This document shows positions 56,876 through 62,761 of a stretch of DNA of 62,761 nucleotides, one piece after another. Location of the stretch: NCBI GenBank assembly GCA_001563335.1, contig LRSL01000001.1:1-62761 (forward strand). The letters run 5' to 3'. The notes below the pieces were generated by a model that saw nothing but the letters and a program-made list of their open reading frames with translations, ran no database searches and had not been told where the DNA came from. Both the position numbers and the translations under genes were made by a program. Every line of letters begins with the position of its first letter. The first letter of the stretch is position 1. Source of the DNA: Candidatus Thorarchaeota archaeon SMTZ1-45 (GTDB lineage Archaea > Asgardarchaeota > Thorarchaeia > Thorarchaeales > Thorarchaeaceae).

Positions 56876-58048
56876 GTGAATAAACTGAAGAATATTCGCA
56901 GGATGATAATTGGATTGTTCCTGATGGTAGCTCTTCTAGGAACAATGACAACCACCGCTACTGCCATGCATGGAATGGATCGACCGGAGGATAGACCTAT
57001 GCCAGGTATGCCAGACCATTCCAGAATGAATGATGGGTCAGTCTGGATAAATACTGATATCATCACAATCATGGCAAATGGAGAAACACCGCAATTGCAT
57101 TTTTGGTTCACCTCAGATGAGGGAGGGACACTTGCCCGTTTCTCGACAAATTATGTGATGCTTATTGAGTTTGAAGACCTGAACGATGATGGAGCATACC
57201 AGAGAAATGAATACCTCTATTTTGCTCCACTTTCTGCATTTGAGTGGACAATCTCAACTGGGGAGGTCGTAGATGATGACATTACCACAGAAGTATGGTT
57301 GAAATATACAAAGTCTGGTGTGAAAAGCTCAATGATGCCTGGAATGCCTATGTTCGGTCATGATGGAATGGGCGATATTGAGAGATTCTCAGATGTGACA
57401 CTTCAGATATGGGCTCATATCTATCTTGATGACTATGTTGGAACTGTTTCTGATGATCATGGAATTCATTTCAACTACACAGTTGCTGGTAGATCTGAGC
57501 TGAAAATGGATATTGAGATTGGTAATTTCCCCTTCAGTAGTGAAAACTCAAGTGTTGCCATACAAACTATTCAGAAAGAGAATGAAGCGACTGGTACTCA
57601 GAATCTTCACCATCACAGAATGGAAACACGTGAACGTTTCCGCAACGTATCTTTCAGCTCAGATATGAACTGGACTACGACCGGTGGAAATGAAACGCGA
57701 TTCGAGAGGATGAATGATACTGAATGTCACAGAATTGACTTCATGGACCAAGATGATGGGATTACTCAGGGATTCTTCAGCTGGCTGGACACTGCAGTCA
57801 TCACTTGGCCTGGAGGTGAAACTGAGGCAGTAGATGTTGAAGTGTCCTATGTCCCCAGAGGTGATGGAGTCGCTGTATACTTAGCCTATCCTTACTTCGA
57901 CGATGGTAGCATCTTGCATGATCCTTCAATAGGTCTCTATCCAGAAGGCGCTCCTGACACTGGAATACTTCTCAACTATGTCTTAATTACTGGTATTGGC
58001 GGGATTGCACTTGTTGCATTACTCGTCGTGTTGGTCCGGAAAAAATAG
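56876..58048 (+). CDS. secreted, membrane-anchored beta-rich protein with Met/His-rich segments
   Basis: Signal peptide, DLNDDG motif, KMDIEIGNFPF, ILHDPSIG, TM followed by RKK. Confidence 0.72.
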   Translation: MNKLKNIRRMIIGLFLMVALLGTMTTTATAMHGMDRPEDRPMPGMPDHSRMNDGSVWINTDIITIMANGETPQLHFWFTSDEGGTLARFSTNYVMLIEFEDLNDDGAYQRNEYLYFAPLSAFEWTISTGEVVDDDITTEVWLKYTKSGVKSSMMPGMPMFGHDGMGDIERFSDVTLQIWAHIYLDDYVGTVSDDHGIHFNYTVAGRSELKMDIEIGNFPFSSENSSVAIQTIQKENEATGTQNLHHHRMETRERFRNVSFSSDMNWTTTGGNETRFERMNDTECHRIDFMDQDDGITQGFFSWLDTAVITWPGGETEAVDVEVSYVPRGDGVAVYLAYPYFDDGSILHDPSIGLYPEGAPDTGILLNYVLITGIGGIALVALLVVLVRKK

Positions 58049-58065
58049 CTCTCTGACAAATACTA

Positions 58066-58090
58066 GGGTAGTGGTTTTTAGCCGCTACCC
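58066..58090 (+). terminator. stem-loop after the 56876 gene
   Basis: GGGTAGTGGT/GCCGCTACCC 10-bp stem with two G-U pairs on the + strand. Confidence 0.4.
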
Positions 58091-58163
58091 ACCAGCTACA
58101 CCTAAGAGAAGTCTTATGAATACTTGAAATCTGAATCAGTAGTCCCAATGAAATGTACAATGA

Positions 58164-59168
58164 ATGTGGTGTGAATCAGTGCGACGAATGGTCTTGGTAA
58201 TGGCTGTGCTTGTCCTCACATCTATGCTGCTCGTTCCAGTTAAAGCCGATGTGCAACTTGCACAACTTGAAGACATCGTTTTAGACCCTGTGGAGATAAA
58301 AGCAATAATGTCGCAGGATGGTGTTACAACTCTCAATCTCCAAGCAAGAGCTACAAATCAAGGAACATCCAGCATCACATCTATCTCTTTTAGAATCGAA
58401 TCGCTTGAAGTGGAACTCCTTGATGCTTTCGTTGATGACACCACGACCACAGCAATCTCTATACTTCAAGAAAGATACACCGAAGTAGTTGTCTCTCTTT
58501 TTTCACCTCTTGAAGAGAATGAATCTGTATGGGTGGAGTTCAATCTTGAAGCAACAGATCTGATTGAAGATCCGGAAATAAGCTTCGATTCTACGAGGTA
58601 CATAACACACTTCGTTTTCTACATCCGCCCTATTACTGAGTTTGCTAATTTCACATTCACTGCAGTTCTTCCTCAAGATGCCCTACTTTCGAGAGAGTCT
58701 GTTGTACCAGTATTCCCCTCTGCTAACTCAAACTATACAGATGGCGCGTCGCTCGCGTTCGTCTGGTTCACTGATTCACTTCAAGTCGGACAGGAACAAG
58801 GATATGTTATTCAATACCAGTATCCAAATCTTCAATCAGGACCATTGGGCTCAATCCTAGTCGAATCTATTGTGATTGCCATTCTGGGTGTTTTAGGTGG
58901 CATCGTACTCACTCTTGGTGGTCCCAAGGTCTACCAACGACTCAAACGAATTGGTTCTGTAAAGTTTGTTGGTGTCACCTCGGAAGAAGAGGAAGTCTTA
59001 GAGGTCATCCGAAAGAAGGGTGGGTCTTGCCCCCAGAAGGACCTGTATACTGAATTCGATATGTCACAGGCTAAGGTCAGCTTAATTTTGAATAATTTAG
59101 AAGAGCGAGGTCTCGTTCGAAGATTCCGTGAAGGTCGTGAAAACGTAGTCCATATCATGGAAGACTAA
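58164..59168 (+). CDS. membrane-anchored winged-HTH transcriptional regulator (COG2512-like)
   Basis: Signal peptide, extracellular beta domain, TM, then EEEVLEVIRKKGG..PQKDL....SQAKVS..L..LEERGLV.R.REGREN. Confidence 0.82.
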   Translation: MWCESVRRMVLVMAVLVLTSMLLVPVKADVQLAQLEDIVLDPVEIKAIMSQDGVTTLNLQARATNQGTSSITSISFRIESLEVELLDAFVDDTTTTAISILQERYTEVVVSLFSPLEENESVWVEFNLEATDLIEDPEISFDSTRYITHFVFYIRPITEFANFTFTAVLPQDALLSRESVVPVFPSANSNYTDGASLAFVWFTDSLQVGQEQGYVIQYQYPNLQSGPLGSILVESIVIAILGVLGGIVLTLGGPKVYQRLKRIGSVKFVGVTSEEEEVLEVIRKKGGSCPQKDLYTEFDMSQAKVSLILNNLEERGLVRRFREGRENVVHIMED

Positions 59169-59241
59169 AACACCCAAAATCAACGCCTTTATATCATTCC
59201 CAAGTTCATCTCCAAACGAATCATCAACCTGAGGTGGTTTC

Positions 59242-59643
59242 TTGAGTTCGTCCAAGAAGATTCGTGTACTTGTAGCAAAACCCGGCCTTGATGGTCATGA
59301 TAGAGGTGCGAAGATTGTTGCTCGAGCACTTCGTGACGCAGGGATGGAGGTCATATACACAGGTCTCCGACAGACTCCTGAAATGATTGTCAGTGCCGCC
59401 CTCGATGAAGGTGTGCATTGCATTGGACTCAGTATTCTGAGTGGAGCTCATAATGCTCTATTTCCAAAGATTATGGAGCTCTTGAAAAAGGAAGGTATCG
59501 AAGATATCCTTGTCGTTGGTGGAGGAATTATTCCTGAGGATGATATCCCTGAATTGAAGAAGGCTGGTATCGCAGCCATTTTTGGTCCAGGAACTCCTCT
59601 GGATGAGATTGTTGAGTATATCAAGGCTAATGTCAAGCTCTAA
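59242..59643 (+). CDS. acyl-CoA mutase small subunit, cobalamin-binding
   Basis: [12 protein letters not shown] (DxHxxG), [20 protein letters not shown]. Confidence 0.95.
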   Translation: MSSSKKIRVLVAKPGLDGHDRGAKIVARALRDAGMEVIYTGLRQTPEMIVSAALDEGVHCIGLSILSGAHNALFPKIMELLKKEGIEDILVVGGGIIPEDDIPELKKAGIAAIFGPGTPLDEIVEYIKANVKL

Positions 59644-59646
59644 CTC

Positions 59647-60627
59647 TTGCAATATGAGGAAATAGCTTTGTCAGTGGCTGAAATTGTCAATGGAGTGTTG
59701 AATGGTAAGAGAAGAGAGCTAGCTCGTCTTATCTCCTTAATTGAAAATGAGGATCTCGATGCCACAGAAGCTCTAAGTCAACTCTACAAGCACACTGGTA
59801 GAGCTCATATTATCGGTGTCACAGGACCACCAGGTTCCGGTAAGAGCTCGCTCGTTACGAAACTGACAACAGAGTTTCGTAAACGCGAGAACACAATTGG
59901 AGTAGTCTGCGTTGACCCCTCAAGTCCTTTTACAGGAGGTGCTCTTCTGGGTGACAGAATACGAATGCAAGAACATAGCTTAGACAAGGAAGTCTATGTG
60001 CGTAGTATGGGCACCCGCGGACATCTCGGAGGACTAGCAAGAGCAACCTCTGATGCAGTACGAGCTATCGATGCATTTGGAAAAGATATCATCTTCGTAG
60101 AAACTGTCGGAGCCGGACAATCGGAGGTCGAAATCATCAATATAGCTCATACAGTGGTCGTTACTGATGTCCCTGGTAGTGGGGATGACATCCAAGCGAT
60201 CAAAGCTGGTATCATGGAGATTGCTGATATTTTCGTCGTAAATAAGATGGACCTTCCTGGGGCTGATAAGAAAGTCACAGAGATCAACGCTATGCTAGAC
60301 ATTGATCCTCGTGAAAAAGCATGGCGTCCTCCTGTCCTCCTCACAAACTCTAGGACTGGTGAGGGTGTACTTGAGCTCACTGAAAAAATCTTGGAACATC
60401 TTCAATTCTTGAAAGATAGTGGCATGCTTGAGCAGAAGGGGCTAAAACGAAGTCGTGACGAACTTCAAGAGTTGATGCAATACAAACTCACTCGAGAATT
60501 ATACCTGAAACTTGAGGGTCGGCCAGAATATGAGGCTGCAATCAAGAAGATAGCCACCCGAAAAGAGGACCCGTACACAGTAGCCGAGCGGTTGATAGCA
60601 GAGTTCTTGTTTAGTGAGAGTAGGTGA
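59647..60627 (+). CDS. meaB: methylmalonyl-CoA mutase-associated GTPase
   Basis: [40 protein letters not shown]. Start may be TTG 59668. Confidence 0.95.
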   Translation: MQYEEIALSVAEIVNGVLNGKRRELARLISLIENEDLDATEALSQLYKHTGRAHIIGVTGPPGSGKSSLVTKLTTEFRKRENTIGVVCVDPSSPFTGGALLGDRIRMQEHSLDKEVYVRSMGTRGHLGGLARATSDAVRAIDAFGKDIIFVETVGAGQSEVEIINIAHTVVVTDVPGSGDDIQAIKAGIMEIADIFVVNKMDLPGADKKVTEINAMLDIDPREKAWRPPVLLTNSRTGEGVLELTEKILEHLQFLKDSGMLEQKGLKRSRDELQELMQYKLTRELYLKLEGRPEYEAAIKKIATRKEDPYTVAERLIAEFLFSESR

Positions 60628-62303
60628 GTGAAATGAGAAATGACTCAAAGCTCCGTGACTCCATAAAGAAGTGGGAGAACGAAACTTTACTCCAGACAAT
60701 CAAGAGATTTCCAGAACGTGAGGAGAATTTCAAGACCATCTCTGGAATCCCAATAAAGCGTTTCTATACTCCTCTGGATTTGCAAGATTTGAACTATGAG
60801 AAAGATTTGGGCTTTCCAGGTGAATTTCCCTTCACTCGTGGAGTACAACCCACTGGATATAGAGGTCGGTTTTGGACTATGCGGCAATACAGCGGATTTG
60901 CCACTGCTCAAGAAACCAACAAGCGTTTTCACTTTCTTTTAGAGCAAGGTCAGACAGGTCTTTCAATTGCTTTTGACCTTCCCACGCAAATTGGCTATGA
61001 CTCTGATGACCCACTAACCCAGGGAGAAGTGGGAAAAGTAGGCGTTGCAATAGACTCGCTCGCAGATATGGAGGTTTTGTTTGAGGGAATCCCTCTAGAT
61101 AAGGTGAGTACTTCGATGACTATCAATGCCCCTGCTTCAATATTATTGGCTATGTATATCGTGGTAGCTGAGAAACAGGGGGTATCGATGGACAAGCTAC
61201 GTGGAACCATTCAGAATGATATCCTCAAAGAGTATGTTGCGAGGGGCACATACATTTTCCCACCAACGCCCTCGATGAGGCTCATCACTGACATTTTCAA
61301 ATTTTGTAGTCAGAATATGCCTCTCTGGAATACTATCTCCATTTCTGGATATCACATTCGAGAGGCTGGTTCAACTGCAGTACAAGAAGTGGCATTTACA
61401 TTGGCTGATGGCATTGCATATGTCCAAGCCGCCATTAATGCTGGACTGGATGTTGATGGCTTTGCATCACGATTATCATTCTTCTTTGGTTCGCATAGTG
61501 ATTTCCTAGAAGAGATCTGCAAGTTCAGAGCCGCGCGTAGAATGTGGGCTAGAATCATGCGTGAACGTTTCAATGCAAAGAATGATGACTCGTGCAGGAT
61601 GCGATTTCACACTCAGACTGCGGGATGCACGCTGACAGCGCAGCAACCAGACAACAATGTTGTTCGGGTTACACTTCAGGCTCTGCAAGCGGTCCTTGGA
61701 GGGACGCAGTCGCTGCATACGAACTCTAGGGATGAAGCACTGTCTCTTCCTACTGAAGAATCAGTCCAGATTGCTCTGCGAACCCAGCAAATAATCGCGT
61801 ACGAATCTGGTGTGGGAGATACTATCGATCCATTCGCTGGGTCTTATTATATTGAAAGCCTTACAAATGAGATAGAAGAGAAAGCTATGGAGTACATCCA
61901 GAAAATTGATGACATAGGGGGAGCTCAAATTGCAATCGAGAAGGGATTCATACAGCGGGAGATTCATGAAGCCGCTTACCAGTTTCAGAAGAGTGTTGAT
62001 GAAACAAAGCGAATCGTGGTTGGTGTAAACAAATTCACAGTGGATGAAGAACCCAAATTTGACTATCTGCGAATAAATCCCGAGGCGGAGAGAGAGCAAC
62101 TAGGAGAGCTGGAGAAAATACGGTCTAAGAGGAATACAAAGCAGGTTTCTCAAGCTCTAAGTGCCCTACGTGAGGCTGCAATGAGTGATACGAATCTCAT
62201 GCCATCAATCATTGACGCTGTGAGGGTCTATGCCACATTGGGTGAGATATGTGGAGTGTTGAGAGAAATCTTTGGCGAATACAAGGCACCAGACATTCTA
62301 TGA
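60624..62303 (+). CDS. methylmalonyl-CoA mutase large (substrate-binding) subunit
   Basis: WTMRQYSGF (Tyr) and [14 protein letters not shown] (Arg), the canonical MCM determinants; lies between meaB and the epimerase. Confidence 0.93.
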   Translation: MSEMRNDSKLRDSIKKWENETLLQTIKRFPEREENFKTISGIPIKRFYTPLDLQDLNYEKDLGFPGEFPFTRGVQPTGYRGRFWTMRQYSGFATAQETNKRFHFLLEQGQTGLSIAFDLPTQIGYDSDDPLTQGEVGKVGVAIDSLADMEVLFEGIPLDKVSTSMTINAPASILLAMYIVVAEKQGVSMDKLRGTIQNDILKEYVARGTYIFPPTPSMRLITDIFKFCSQNMPLWNTISISGYHIREAGSTAVQEVAFTLADGIAYVQAAINAGLDVDGFASRLSFFFGSHSDFLEEICKFRAARRMWARIMRERFNAKNDDSCRMRFHTQTAGCTLTAQQPDNNVVRVTLQALQAVLGGTQSLHTNSRDEALSLPTEESVQIALRTQQIIAYESGVGDTIDPFAGSYYIESLTNEIEEKAMEYIQKIDDIGGAQIAIEKGFIQREIHEAAYQFQKSVDETKRIVVGVNKFTVDEEPKFDYLRINPEAEREQLGELEKIRSKRNTKQVSQALSALREAAMSDTNLMPSIIDAVRVYATLGEICGVLREIFGEYKAPDIL

Positions 62304-62319
62304 TTGGAGAGATCAAGTC

Positions 62320-62727
62320 ATGTCCGTGGAGAAGATTAGTCATATTGGAATTGCGGTGGAGAGCATAGAGAAATGGCTTAGCTACTACAAAGATGTTCTC
62401 GGTCTCGAATATACGGGTTCCGAGGAGGTAGCTGAACAGAAAGTTCGTGTAGCCTTTCTCAAGATAGGAGAAAGTCAGATTGAACTTCTCGAACCAACTT
62501 CTGATGACAGTCCAATCGCTAAATTCTTGGAGAAGAGAGGCGGTGGCATCCATCATATTGCTATCAAGGTTGATGATATTAATACAGCTCTAACAAGGCA
62601 TCATGAAGCTGGGGCACAGCTGATTGACAATGAACCTAGAATTGGTGCTCATAACATGCGAATAGCCTTCATTCACCCAAAAACTTCAGGTGGTGTTCTT
62701 ATGGAGCTTTGCGAGGAGCCCCCTTGA
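62320..62727 (+). CDS. mce: methylmalonyl-CoA epimerase
   Basis: HIGIAV, EQKVRVAF, IELLEP, GGIHHIA, AFIHPK..GGVLMEL. Confidence 0.93.
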   Translation: MSVEKISHIGIAVESIEKWLSYYKDVLGLEYTGSEEVAEQKVRVAFLKIGESQIELLEPTSDDSPIAKFLEKRGGGIHHIAIKVDDINTALTRHHEAGAQLIDNEPRIGAHNMRIAFIHPKTSGGVLMELCEEPP

Positions 62728-62761
62728 ATATTTCAAATCCTGAGCATAAATGTGCAAAACT

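Noticed and set aside
1-62761. CRISPR array, transposase/integrase, rRNA, tRNA, rhodopsin
   Set aside because: No regularly spaced repeats, recombinase motifs, RNA-gene signatures or 7-TM retinal-binding Lys motif seen by eye; small or divergent elements could have been missed.

Overview
Gene-dense, roughly 40-45% GC (estimated by eye) archaeal chromosomal segment, very probably from an Asgard archaeon of the Thorarchaeia type. This is inferred from a stand-alone gelsolin domain, a longin-roadblock fusion, a membrane LRR protein, several NosD/CASH surface proteins and H4MPT-pathway fwd genes. Main blocks: (i) a divergent carotenoid cluster crtB-crtI / crtD-lyeJ-cruF with the haloarchaeal C50 (bacterioruberin-type) gene set and order; (ii) a 2-oxoacid/acetoin dehydrogenase E1a-E1b-E2 operon plus a lipoate ligase; (iii) fwdD-fwdB-fwdA without fwdC; (iv) a bactofilin-like beta-helix gene with an HTH regulator, next to a longin-roadblock and a TPR gene; (v) two B12-dependent acyl-CoA mutase loci, one a canonical methylmalonyl-CoA mutase (small subunit, meaB, large subunit, epimerase) and one with isobutyryl-CoA-mutase-type active-site residues beside cobO; (vi) many membrane-anchored surface proteins and small zinc-ribbon membrane proteins. 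An intergenic segment of about 120 nt (5626-5746) folds into four helices with a 7-bp kissing-loop match and is a candidate undescribed structured RNA. I found no rRNA, tRNA, CRISPR array or mobile element. All calls come from motif recognition by eye; no database search was run.
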